From assembly GCF_006345805.1 (NCBI RefSeq), contig NC_043001.1:24924001-24988000 (forward strand): a stretch of DNA of 64,000 nt. The letters are read 5' to 3'. Of this stretch, positions 51,798-64,000 are shown piece by piece (position 1 is the stretch's first letter; each line of letters begins with the position of its first letter). Origin of the DNA: Octopus sinensis (lineage: Eukaryota). Below the pieces are notes generated by a model. It was not told the DNA's origin. It was given only the letters and a program-made list of their open reading frames with translations, and searched no databases. The position numbers were made by a program, and so were the translations under genes.

Positions 51798-52173
51798 CTC
51801 TTTTACTTGTTTCAGTCATTTGACTGTGGCCATGCTGGAGCACCACCTTTAGTCGAGCAAATCGACCCCAGGACTTATTCTTTGTAAGCCTAGTACTTAT
51901 TCTATCGGTCTCTTTTGCCGAACTGCTAAGTTACGGGAACGTAAACACACCAGCATCGGTTGTCAAGCGATGTTGTTGGGGGACAAACACACACACATAT
52001 ATATATATACGATGGGCTTCTTTCAGTTTCCGTTGACCAAATCCACTCACAAGGCTTTGGTTGGCCTGAGGCTATAGTAGATGACACTTCCCCAAGGTGC
52101 CACACAGTGGGACTGAACCCGGAACCATGTGGTTGGTAAGCAAGCTACTTACCACACAGCCACTCCTACGCCT
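51798..52173 (-). mobile_element. tRNA-headed Octopus SINE, family B, near full length
   Basis: Minus strand: aggcgtaggagtggctgtgtggtaag...ggttccgggttcagtccc...aaagccttgtgagtggatttgg...catggccacagtcaaatgactgaaacaag. Confidence 0.9.
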
Positions 52174-53339
52174 AGATCAGAGTTAAAGTATTTTCTTGCT
52201 TAAATAGAAGAATTAAACTTTAGAATGTAGTTTTAGCTAAGCTATGCATAAATATGGATCACCATGCAGAAATATTTCTTTTGTTGAACTTCTCACTAAC
52301 GAGGAACCACTGATGAATAACATAGGAAAGCAGGTGACTTTCAGTATTATATAAATAATAACACACATTCAAATACATGGCATTACTGCTATGTTTTGAA
52401 ATATGAAAATATGATCACTATTCATGGCATAAGAGACTTTGGGTTGATTATTCTGGTAATATCACTAGCATTTTATCAACCAGTTGATCTTGGTGTAATT
52501 TATACTAAGGTACCAAACTAGATGTCTAAAGTGTAAAGTTTATAAAACATGAAGATTTCAATCCTTGCTAATTTTTGGTTCTATATTATTTGTTACAGTT
52601 AACACTTTCTAGTATATAACTATTCTTCATGTTTAAATTTGAATATGAATTTGTTCATCTGGGATCTATCTATTCTATTTTCATCTTTGCTAATAGGAAA
52701 ATCAGTTTAAAATATATTTTGCTGTGTTCAAAAGGATTTGTCTTATTCTGTTTGCTCCAATTTATGTCATTGACATTCAAAAGTTTGCATCGGATATCAA
52801 GAGGAATCAGTTAAATTTTTCCATCAGGAAAGGTTTGGTGTTTTCAACTATACTTGGCTATTGAATCCAAGATTTCAACCAGCAATATGAAAATGTTTGA
52901 GAGCCATAAATATAGAAAAGGTTTCGTTCAATTTTGAAGTGATTCTGCTATTAGCAAAGATTTGGGAATGTGGGACTACTCTCTGAATATAAATTGGGAA
53001 GTTTGTTTTCTTTTTCATAAGAAAACACTGTTATTTCACTTAACACTCTTCAATCCTCTCTACTTCAATAAACAGCAGTAGTGCTTCCATAGAGAGCCAG
53101 AGCTATTGGGAAATTGATTTCTCACTACATTGTATCAATTTTGGTGTTCCTCAAGATTTGGTTATATTTTCCATATTCTTCCTTCTTGTACATAATTAAC
53201 TCTGTTACTTACTCCCCTGCAGAAGATACTACCCTTCATTTCTTGATAAACTTTCTTAAACATTTTATCCACATAGCTTACACCCCACTTCTATGAATAC
53301 TAACTTTGATGGGCCAACAAGAGAGTTTCTGCATGGTCA

Positions 53340-53560
53340 CTCGAATTACAAGAAACATCAGTCCCACTGCGTGGCACTTTGGGTAGGTGTCTTTCACTAT
53401 AGCCCCGAGCTGACCGGAGCTTTGTGATTGAATTCGGTAGGTGGAAGTTACTGCCGTGTGTGTATATGTGCATGTAGGTGCTTGTGCCTCTCCGAAAGAG
53501 AGAGAGAGGGAACAGTCAAATCTTTCTCCTATTACACCCTGCTGTCTTAAAAAAAGAAAA
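53340..53560 (+). mobile_element. Family B SINE fragment
   Basis: cagtcccactgcgtggcactttgggtaggtgtctttcactatagccccgagctgacc. Confidence 0.75.
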
Positions 53561-56500
53561 CATTGCATATTATAATTCTATATACTTTGTGTCTGTAAAA
53601 AAAGATAACGATTTGGATGGTCATTCTTGAAATGTCTTTGATCATAGGTATGCTTAATTATCTGGAATCAGACAATAATAACACTCTTGAACATAGACAT
53701 AACAATAACAACACTCTCCAACACAGACATAACAACTAAGTATCATTTAACAGCATCAGTCACAAATATTAATTCCTCCAACTTGTACTTATTTCTCATT
53801 AACAATACAAACTTCACAGCTCGGCATCACAGTCTCTGAAGACCTTTCATTATAACTTTACATCTATAACAACCTAAACTGGTCCTCAAAGGTTAAGATT
53901 CTTCTTCGGGTACTGAAGATGCTTCAGCTTTGAACAGTTGCTGACTCTCTTCAAAGTACAACTGCAGTTTCTCTTGTTACAAAGGTATCTCCTACTGTTT
54001 ATTACAAATGTTTCTACTTCATTAGTTCAATAGTCACATCAGTCTCTCAGCATCTTTATTTTGTCTTGGCATCCTGAAAACCCATACTAAAAATTTCCAT
54101 TAACCTTTTTCTCTTTAAACGTCATCTCTTTAAACCCTTTTTTTTTTTAGCCCATGCTTTCAGCTGTACATCAGCTCTGGTTCAGCAGACCCTATGCTCA
54201 AAGATATTCCAGCCATAACTATAGGCAATCTGGATAAGTTTACATCTAAGACTACATTCCCCAATGTATCCTTTCCCAAGACAGTAGGGTATGATTTCAA
54301 GGTGTATTGGCTACTGTTTCTATAAGGTTGTTACACAATATAGAGGCTCTGTTGGCTCATCCTAGTCCATATTTTCCCTCCAGGTAAGGTTGACCTCACT
54401 GACCTCACCAAACTGAGAGGGTCAGCAAAGGTCATAGACATTACTTCTTTTCAGAGTCACAAATTTTAATTTAATCAACTCCAATATATGACTGGTACTG
54501 TTTTATTATATATGGAAAGATGAAAGGCAATGTTTACTTCGACTGGATTTGAATTTAGAATATAAAATAACATAAGCTATATTTTACATGACATTTTGTC
54601 TGGAATTTTCAATTCTATAAAACTATCTAAACTAAATAACAATGAAAATACAAGGAAATTAATATTCTGTGTTTGCAAAATCATTATTTTCTCATAGTTT
54701 AACTTGAACATTATTTATTTATTACTATTAAAAATGTCAAAAGCCAAGTACATTGGCGTTCTTACATGTTACTTATAGATTTCTAGATTTAAATATAATT
54801 TTTATATATTTGTCTTTTAAGAAACTCATTTGTAAATCTACTGTTAAACTTGCCAGTTTATAGGAGATTAATCTCAGGAAATTATGTCAATAGAATTTTA
54901 TTTATGATGCTTCCTGGAACTTTGGAAATTTATCTAATAAAAATCAATAACGTATGAAGAAATAGTGAACTCATTGCCTGTTCAGTTCTTCCATTTCTAA
55001 AATCCAACTTTATTGACTGCAATTATGTTATTTTGCTTCATTCTTCCCTGCTCATGAGTTTCTACATGATGATGGAGAATATTTCTGAACTCTATGTATT
55101 TTAAAGAAAAAGATGAATAAATCTATTCTTCTTACTGGTTATCGCTTTTCTCTGTTATTTAACTTCAATAGTTTTTGAAAATACTGTTTTCACCTTACTT
55201 AACAAATCTCTACTAAACATTGTATTATAAGAATTACATCGTGCAGTATTTCTTAAATTATGCACTGCATAAAAAATGTAGATAGATGAAATGAAAGGGA
55301 ATTTAACAACTAGTTGAGTGGTCAGGAGTCTGTGTTCTATAACCATCACCACTCTTCTCCCTGGTTAAGTCCACTTTTTCTTTTTAATTGATTTGGTCTA
55401 TAGAAAGGAGCTGTACTTCTGGCATAAAGTCAAAGAGATTAACCTTTTTGATACCAACATCCATGAAACTGCTATTAGTTCTTTGATACAAATTCCATTT
55501 TAAAGTGATGTAATTACAAGCATCGATAAAAATTTCATGTTAATTTTATGTTCCAAATGCCAGATTAATAATGACAGTTATTTCAATAAATTCATTATTT
55601 TCAAAATTAAATGCAACAAAAGCAGTGCGTTTCAACAGAAATATGATATCAAAAGGGTTAATGCCTTTAACATTATGTTTGAACTGTTGCAAGATAACAG
55701 CTGCAAGTAAAACATTATACAAGGAGAGAATTGATATTCAGAGAAGAAAGACCTGAGCATAGCGCTTTATGTAGGGTCAATGCAAGGTAGAAATATGGGT
55801 GGTGGCATGAGGAGAGATGTAGGAATAGTGAGTGCCTAAATGGCAGCTGACACAAGATCTGCCAGCTCTGAAAATCACATGCCACTGTAGTTGTAATAAA
55901 AAAAAAAGCAGGTAGAGTTAAGAGACAGCATATGATTAGACCAGTGTTTGGAGTATCCTTGTAGTGGAATAGTTTTGTACCATTAGTCAAGTAGACTTTT
56001 CTTGCAATCTACTATATCAGTGTATAGCAACAGCACTGTTTCAGATGTAGAAGCAGTACTCATTTTAGATCTTAAATGAGCCTTTAGAAAAGATAAGCAA
56101 CTATTACAAGCTGAAATATTTTCTGGCTCTGAAGTAAAAGGCCAGTCTTTGAGTTTTAGCCTTTTGTTTGTTGAGAATGTCATTTTGTAAAGAGATTCTT
56201 CAGTAATTATAAAGGCTGACATGTTTAGCAAAGATAAGGATATGTTCCTAGAGACAGATAGAGATTGAACAGCTTGGTGTTAATAGGGACCAGCTCCAGG
56301 GTTCATTGTATAAGTTCGAAATGATCAATGGTACCTTTCACTCTTAGCATGTGTGTGTGTGTGTGTGTGTGTATTGAGCCTAGTGTGGAAGAAAGGGACA
56401 ACTTTGGAAGAGATTTACTGAGGGAAATTGGATGCAAAATGGAACAAATATTAAAGTTTTCTCTGCTGGTGTATTATTTACAAAGGCATCATGTTTGAGA

Positions 56501-56619
56501 TGTGGTGTAAAAGTTGATTCCACTGGAACCAAATGGATCAACTGAAGTTGGAAAGACAGGAGAGCTTGATGTGTGATTCACAGAGGTATCTTTCTTGGTT
56601 TAAATGATGATCTTCCTTG

Positions 56620-57150
56620 AGTTATAATAATAATAATATTAATAATGAAATTATTGTATACAGTGCTCAGGTACACCACAACTTGTCAAAAGTACATATA
56701 AAGCATATGCAGTAATGTACAAATGTCTGGAAAGTGAACAGTGTATGAGTCAGATACATGCTTGCGTGTGTATGGAGGGAAGAAAATCTGGTGTAGTGTT
56801 GGCGAATCTCAGGAAGCATGGAAGTTTTGAAGGATGCAGTGTTCCGACAAATAACAACTGATGCCGGCAGTTTGTTCCATGCTTCAGCAACTCTTAGCGA
56901 GAAAAAATGTTTCCAAAAGTCATGGGAGCTGTGCTGTTTTCTGACTTTGTAAACATGTCCACGGATGTTAGACAGGTAGAATATGAAAAGCTGATTAAGA
57001 GCCAGCCACTTTGTAGGAGTGAGTAAATTTTCTCAACGTATTGTAGGCCATGCATTTTTTCGTTATCCTGAACTGCACCAGCACAGCTATGAGTAAATTA
57101 TGTTAGGGACATGGACTGTAAGCTTTGGTTGTGTGCAAGAGTGGAGTGAC
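56620..57150 (-). mobile_element. CR1-type LINE 3' end with (ATT)n tail
   Basis: Minus frame: SNIRGHVYKVRKQHSSHDFWKHFFSLRVAEAWNKLPASVV...ASFKTSMLPEIRQHY. Confidence 0.85.
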
Positions 57151-57780
57151 ATAACTAAGGGGATGTTTTCAGTCACTTACCTATCTTTTCTGATAGGTCC
57201 ACATGAAACATGCTGCCAGAGGTAGCATAGAACTGGTGAAACTCCACCCAGTCAACTGACTTGAAGCACTGTATGTCTTGAGAGGTGGGAGATGTTGTGT
57301 TGCATGTGATGTTGAGGTGAGTAACACAATAAAGTAGTGATTGGACAACTGATACATGTAAAGACGAGATTGTTGAAGTTGAAGTCAGCTTTGGAGGTGA
57401 GACTGAAGTTAAGGATGTTTGGATATGTATAAGGGATGAAACTAATTGTTATATAAAGAGCTGAGGATTGTAAAAAATTTGATTATGAACGTCTGTGGAA
57501 ATTCAGAAGTGTAGTGAGCATTGATGACTAAGGACTATGACTTTGGATAGGGTTGGCATAAAACAGATGTCCTCAATTGGTAGTGTTTTGGAAACAATAT
57601 AGGAAACAGATGTATTTTGAGAAATGAGGAAGTGAGGCTTCAAGCCTTTGCAACTGCAAGTCTTTTTTGCTGATATCCAAGCAAGAGAGATGAGTGGCCA
57701 GGAGTGTACAGTCTACATAAGCCCCGTCACCACTATCTGGAGTGAAGTTTGAGCCTGGACAATAGAGATGTACAAACAAT
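57150..57780 (-). mobile_element. Probable highly decayed CR1/L2-type LINE fragment
   Basis: Weak resemblance to a CR1 RT C-terminus; strand-asymmetric composition. Confidence 0.4.
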
Positions 57781-58024
57781 AAAAGTCAAGAGGTTTAGTG
57801 TACTGGAGAGGAGTAACTCAAAATAGATAATACAGGTTTACATAATTCCTTATATGCGTGTGTGTGCATATGTCACTCAGCATTTATAAAGTAAACTACC
57901 CTCACACAAAGTCATATCATAAATTAGTACATTAACAAAACATAAATACAATTAAAATCATTCAGAACTCGAGTAGAACTACAAGGATTTTCCTAGGAAA
58001 GTGACAACAAAGAAGAAAATGGAA

Positions 58025-58424
58025 GAATCTAGGTACAGGGCTCGAAATTTTCAGAGAAGTGGGTGGGGGGCAGTCAATTAAATCGACCCCAGTACACAAA
58101 TGGTACTTAATTTATCGACCCCGAAAGGATGAAAGGCAAAGTCAACCTCAGCAGAATTTTAACTCAGAATGTAAAGACAGACAAAATACCTATTTCTTTA
58201 CTATCCACAAGGGGCTAAACACAGAGAGGACAAACAAAGACAGACAAATGGATTAAGTCGATTATATCAACCCCAGTGCATAACTGGTACTTATTTAATT
58301 GAGCTCAAAAGGATGAAAGTCAAAGTCAACCTTGGCAGAATTTGAACTCAGAACATAGCGGCAGACGAAATACCACTAAGCATTTCACCCGGTGTGCTAA
58401 CGCTTCTGCCAGCTCGCCGCCTTA
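58025..58424 (-). mobile_element. Two nested or adjacent family A SINEs
   Basis: Two copies of aaaggatgaaag(g/t)caaagtcaacc...gaattt.aactcagaa; head ends ctgccagctcgccgcctta. Confidence 0.9.
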
Positions 58425-59272
58425 GAAAATGGAGAAATGAAAACACACCATTGGAAATAATATATCCACATATAGTCATATTCAACACTTGAATATTTGA
58501 AGATTTCATTGCAAAAGCCCCAAGAAGAAATTTTCATTCTAGGCAGCATGTATGGAAACATTGGGTTATGAATGAATTATGTTATTCATAACCCAATGTA
58601 TTTTCATGCATGTTTTCGAATGACTGAATTTACTCGGACATGTTAAGTAAAACTTTATATAAATATATATATAAGGTGGTGGAGTGAGTGTGTGTTTGTG
58701 TTTCCTTGTCTTGTTGTTATTCAGTTATAAAAATGAAGATCACTATCATACATGCAGTATCCTTCATTTCCAATCATCTGTGAAAACATGTGTGACCATG
58801 GAGAAACATTTGACTTCATTAGAAACAGGTGAGTATTGGCTGCAGGAGAGGAATCTGGCCATAGAAAGTGTGTTTCAATGAATTCTGTCTGCAGGTTCAG
58901 TTTAAGCATGTGACACCTTAGGCAAGTGTCTTCTATAACTCCAGGAAAAATGAAAGCCTTGTAAGCGGACTTTGTAGACAAAAAGTGAAAGAAGCTTGTT
59001 GCCTGTGTGTTTTTCTCCTTGAACAACCCTTGCCAGCATGGAAAACAGACGTTAAATGATGATGATGATGATGATGATGATGAGCTCTATATCGGGCAAT
59101 AGTTGTTAAAGAATGTCATTGCCATGCAAGTAATATCATTCATTTCCAATCATCTATACAGACATATCCAGTAAGTAAGAGTTAAATATATATATATATA
59201 TATATATAATATTATATAATAATGAAGGAAAGTGTGGTATACAATGCTTAGGTGCACTACAACTGTAAAAAA

Positions 59273-59308
<36 letters not shown>

Positions 59309-59403
59309 ATAAAAATGGTAAGATAACAAAAGAAAGAAAGAGACCTCAATATTATGTAAATAGAGGAATTTATCTGTAATTGTAATATATGACAATTATT
59401 CAG

Positions 59404-59477
59404 TAGCCATGATAAAACTCAGAGTTTCGGATGCCGAGGTGAAAATCCACGCGACCATCTCTTCAGTTATCCAGCCA
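59404..59477 (-). ncRNA. Type I hammerhead motif (left arm)
   Basis: tggct-g-gataa CTGAAGA gatg...catc-c GAAA CTC T GAG T T ttatc-at-ggcta; 5-bp stem I plus extension; AACTC-N-GAGTT palindrome; GUU site. Confidence 0.7.
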
Positions 59478-59539
59478 TTGGAAAAAATGCCTATACTCTA
59501 AGAAACTTTTGGAGTAAATTACAAAGGGCATTTTTCTGC

Positions 59540-59613
59540 TGGCCGGATAACTGAAGAGATGGTGGTGTGGATTTCCACCTCGGCATTTGAAACTCGGAGT
59601 TATATCATGGCTA
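59540..59613 (+). ncRNA. Type I hammerhead motif (right arm)
   Basis: tggcc-g-gataa CTGAAGA (59551-59557) gatg...gtggatttccac...cattt GAAA (59589-59592) CTC G GAG T T atatc-at-ggcta; first stem I pair mismatched. Confidence 0.65.
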
Positions 59614-59641
59614 CCGAATAATTGTCATATATTACATTTAC

Positions 59642-59680
<39 letters not shown>

Positions 59681-60714
59681 TGTACGATATTATATATCCA
59701 TTACAGCTGATCTTACACTTCGATTAATATACCCACTCAACTGACAAATATACAAGTGCATATTTTTTCTCACTTGTGGATTTTTAGATGGCTAAACACA
59801 CACATGCACATATAAAACATTGCTTGCAAACAGGTATGTTGATGACGGGAAGGGCTGTAGAAAATCTGCCACAACAAATTCTGTTGAACCCATGCAAGTA
59901 TGGATGTATGGACATTAAAACAATGATTATCATTATTATCATCCATTTGTGCGTGGGCACAAATATTTCAGAGCTGTATTTTTCTGACAAATAATTCGAA
60001 CAGAGACCATGTGTCGAAACTAAAGTAATTACTAATTACAATGTGTAAAACAAATATTAGCCATTCAAAAACTGTTAACTTCATTAACCTCACCTAATCA
60101 TTTATTATCTGATGCCAAATTTTTTGTGCACTCTCTGCAACCTGTTAATTGACTCAGCTCCACTGCAGCTGTTCTGAGATGAAACTAATGGCCACTATAT
60201 ATAGGCTTCAGGATTTTGAATAAAATTCGTTTCTCACCTACATAGGCCAGTTATTTTCTGGTTTTCGTAGCAAGTCAGAAAATTTTTGCCTTTGGTTGAA
60301 ATTCATGTACTCTCTCTTTTTTTCTCTCAGTGGGGTCACTTTTGGCATTGAACAGTACAAAAGAATCAGAAATTAATGACTTCAAAGAGAATCTATCGGT
60401 CCATGACCAAAGAATAGAGACAATAGAAAGATTGGCACAAATTGTATAAGGGGCTGAGAGTGGTGGTAGGAGTAGCAGCAGCAGTAAAAGTGTTCAATGC
60501 CAAAAATATTCCCATACAGAGAATATACGAAGTGGGTATATAAATTTTAATCAAAAGCCAAATTTTCTCGACCACTATGAGCACCAAACAATGACTGGTG
60601 TATAAGTATGAAAGGATTATGTTTAAAACAGCCTCATCTCAGAACCGTTGTAGTAGCACTGTGTTAGTTAACATGTTAGTCATGTATAGTGCAGCAATAA
60701 TTTCGATACAAAAT

Positions 60715-60939
60715 ATGTTTCTTTACTACCCACAAGGGGATAAACACAGAGAGAACAAACAAGGACAGACAAATGGATTAAGTCGACTCCAGTGCGTAAC
60801 TGGTATTTAATTTATCGACCCCGAAAGGACAAAAGGCAAAGTCGACCTTGGTGGAATTTGAACTCAGAACGTAACGGCAGACGAAATACAGCTGTGCATT
60901 TCGCCCAGCATGCTAATGTTTCTGCCAGCTCACCGCCCT
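60715..60939 (-). mobile_element. Family A SINE
   Basis: Homologous to 58191-58424. Confidence 0.9.
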
Positions 60940-61751
60940 GTTTAATAACCATTACCTACTAGAATCATTTAATGAGAGCACCATTTGAGGTGAAGTTGGC
61001 CTTCATACCTGTGTGTAATCAAACAAACAAATTAACAAACTTAGGTGGATGCCTCAATTTTTCCACGATATTCCACAATACATTTCTATGAATGTTCTCA
61101 TTAGATTAACAAAACTTTAATGAAGAAGTCTCTGCTCTGTACAGGTCTGCAACAGCCTGTGATGTCTCTACCAGATCTGAACCAATAATGAGGTTTCTGG
61201 GACAAAAATGGACCATATGTATATCTGCACATCATTCAAGTAAAGTAAATCAAACACAAAAATTACCACATTTGAACATGTTGCATTTTCCCAGTCTTAT
61301 GACAAAGATGAGGAATTCCTTATGTTGACCATTAATGTGACCACATGATCACTCACTATATCTCCACCATTCTTAATATTATCCAATTCAACAACACAGG
61401 GTTCTGCTGTAAATTTTAAAGGACATTCACATATACTATGCATGGACTATGGAAAAGAAAATCTATAAAATATGCTGTCAAGACATTGCAGTCATAATCA
61501 CCAGATTGTGGCTTTTATTGCCAAACCAGGCAATGTGTTGGGTTCTTGAGTAAAACACTTTTCTTTCAGATTGCTCTACAATCACTTTCAAATCTGATGT
61601 GGCACACCATGTACTTGAACAGGTAATGTCAGTTTGATAGAGAGAATTTTCAGTATGAAAGTTTTATCCTTATAAACAAATTATCAATGCAGTTGTTCAG
61701 TAAGAAGTTGCAGAACCCTCATCTATCATTTATGACAAGAGAATCCAATGT

Positions 61752-62375
61752 CATCCCATAAATAATGCAAATTTTTTATACTTCTTCTATTTTTGCAAAA
61801 TTAAGATAAACAAAGTTCTTTTTTAATTTAAAATGAACTCTCCTTCATCTTCTACAATGCTCTTCTGGTAGGCTTGCAAAGCCCCTCTTCCAAAATTTAC
61901 TTATCCGTGATAAAAAATACTACTCCTATACTGTTCTGACCTCATCTACAGAATTCATATTTTTCCCTTCCAAATGATTTTGAAGATTGCATAATAAATG
62001 ATAATCAGATGGGGCAATGTCAAGCAAATATGGTGAGTGGAGTATCGTTTCCCATTCAAACTGCTCCAACCTTAGGAATGTCATCCTAGCTGTATGTGGT
62101 CAAGCATTATCCTGTTGGAAGAACACCTTTCATCTTGAAACCAAAGATGGTTGTTTTTCTTCCAGGGCAAACTTAAGCTGCTCAAGCTGTTCACAGTAGA
62201 TCTCCTTTGTTATCATTTGGTTTGGGTTTAAAAGTTCAAAGTAGACTAAACCTTTCATATCCCACCAAACAGATAACAACACCTTACGTGGGTGAAGACC
62301 TTCTTTACCCTGGGGTGGGTGCCGGTGTTTTTTCTTTCCTTACCCACTGCTTTCAGCACTTGACATTTTAAAACC
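61752..62375 (-). mobile_element. Mariner transposon 3' half (pseudogene) with terminal repeat remnant
   Basis: Minus frame: KVLLSVWWDMKG...FFQQDNA*PHTAR...HSPYLLDIAPSDYHL (D,D34D-type motifs); gtcatcccataaataatgc at the left end. Confidence 0.9.
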
Positions 62376-62559
62376 TGCCTAGAAAATATCTTCAATGTAT
62401 GAAACTATTAGTAGCTAATAACTACATGCTGTATACATTAAACAAAAGATAATGCATGAAACTTTCAAACCTTGAGTCACTCTGATACTTTGGTTAGATA
62501 GTAATAAAGATATATATATATACACACACATATATGTGCATGTGTGTGTGTGTATTTAT

Positions 62560-62770
62560 GTGTGTGTATCTATCTGTCCCCCATCATCTCTTGACAACAA
62601 AATTTGGTGTGTTTGCATCCCCATAACTTAGCGGTTTGGCAAAAGAGACCAATAGAATAAGTACTAGGCTTACAAAGAATAAGTCCTGGGGTTGATTTGT
62701 TCAATTAAAACCCTTTAAGGCAGTGCTACAGCTTGGCCACAGTCAAATGACTGAAACAAATAAAAGAATA
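62560..62770 (+). mobile_element. Family B SINE 3' half
   Basis: aataagtactaggcttacaaagaataagtcctgggg...ggccacagtcaaatgactgaaacaa. Confidence 0.85.
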
Positions 62771-63004
62771 TACTCATATTTTGAGTTCAATTTTTCATGT
62801 TTGCACCAGCCTAAACACACACACACACATGTGTGTGTGTGTGTGTGATATTTTTTGCAGTGACATTTCAATTTCTGTCCATGAGAAATGGCAATTTATT
62901 GCAGTTTAGAACTAATTTTGTTAAAAGGTATGAAACAAACTTATAATATTTACAGATATTACATTTCAAAGTAAAATTTGTACAGCATTACAACAAATGT
63001 TGTT

Positions 63005-64000
63005 AGACATTAGAAGTAAATAATGCAGTATTTTTTGAATTGCATGAACTAAAAGTCGGAGGGTGATGGGATAAACTACCTGCATCAACTTTCTATAAAA
63101 GCTGGTAGTAATTTTACCTTGTTCTTATTCTTAGTGCAAGTTTTGAAGAGTGCAGTCCGATTTTAACAGTTATTTTTTCAAAGCTATAATGGAAGTGACA
63201 AAGGAGCATATTTGGTATATTTTGCTTTATGAGTTCAATAAAGGGCAATAAGCACAACGGAAAGTGCAAGGAATATCAATGCAGTACATGGGGATTGGAC
63301 AATAAGCGTAAGCTGGAGTTGGAAACTACAGCCTAAAAGACAAGCTTTGTCCTGGAAGATCTGTAGAGCTCAGTAAGGGTGTCTTGCAAACCCTGGTGGA
63401 AAAATATCCCTTTGTGACTGTTGAGGAACTAGCAGAGAAGCTTGGATTTGGTCATTCAACCTGCATGCCATTGGAAGGGTCAGCAAATTGGGTCAATGGG
63501 TTACTCACAGACCTTCTGAATTTATCACCCACAGAGAGTGAATGTGTGCTCTTCTTTGCTGTCACATCTCATGAATGAACCTTTTTTTTGGACCGAAAAG
63601 TGACAGGTGATGAGAAATGGGTTCTCTATAAAAATGTGAAGCACTGAAATCACTGGGTAAGGAAAGGAGGAACACCAGCACCCCAGGCTAAATTAGGTCT
63701 TCACCCATGTAAAGTGTTGTTATCTGTTTGGTGGGATATGAAAGGTTTAGTCTACTTTGAACTTTTAAACCCAAACCAAATGATAACAAAGGAGATCTAC
63801 TGCAAATAACTTGAGTAGCTTAAATCAGCACTTGAAGAAAAATTACCATCTTTGATTTCAAGACAAAAGGTGTTCTTCCATCAGGATAATGCTCGGCCAC
63901 ATACGGCAAGGATGATATTCCTGAGGCTGGAGCAGTTTGAATGAGAAATGATGCCCTATCTAATTATCATTTATTCTGCAGTCTTCAAAACCATTTGGTC
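63005..64000 (+). mobile_element. Mariner transposase pseudogene, running off the window end
   Basis: ATG at 63189 gives MEVTKEHIWYILLYEFNKG; then VTVEELAEKLG, VTGDEKWVLY, LHPCKVLLSVWWD, FFHQDNARPHTAR; stops and frameshifts present. Confidence 0.92.

Larger units (their letters stand above)
59371..59645. mobile_element. Fold-back element with approximately 120-bp arms and a 35-bp spacer, one hammerhead per arm
   Basis: atctgtaattgtaatatatgacaattattc... mirrors ...gaataattgtcatatattacatttacagat, followed by (TA)n. Confidence 0.9.

Noticed and set aside
53213-53290. Minus-strand 78-nt frame KWGVSYVDKMFKKVYQEMKGSIFCRG ending at gtaagt
   Set aside because: The acceptor lacks a polypyrimidine tract, there is no recognisable homology or partner exon, and such frames are expected by chance in 64 kb.
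1-64000. Conserved bilaterian or molluscan miRNAs, rRNA genes, CRISPR arrays, and protocadherin or zinc-finger exons
   Set aside because: None seen in a by-eye scan; a computational search could still find short items I missed.

Overview
This is AT-rich, repeat-dense animal genomic DNA, almost certainly from an octopus (inferred from its tRNA-derived SINE families, (TA)n load and LINE types). I find no supportable protein-coding gene. The ORF track is microsatellite noise, antisense frames and decayed transposon frames: an RTE LINE with a 5' inversion, a PHD-finger RTE-X-like LINE, CR1/L2-type fragments and two inverted mariner remnants. The main structure not explained by ordinary annotation is a dense set of Penelope-type minimal type I hammerhead ribozyme motifs, about ten with a complete or compensated core plus several decayed ones. 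They fall into two recurring architectures. (1) Three fold-back elements (35.1-36.4, 41.0-41.5 and 59.4-59.6 kb) each carry two outward-facing hammerheads, one per strand. (2) Two unrelated tandem duplications (about 1,375 bp and about 600-615 bp units) have units that each end in a hammerhead followed by (TA)n. Also notable are a pre-miRNA-like hairpin at 16.2 kb inside an approximately 9 kb block with no recognisable transposons, and an 89-nt perfectly identical tract between otherwise about 83% identical inverted mariner copies. All alignments and folds were done by eye, nothing was searched against a database, and repeat boundaries are approximate.
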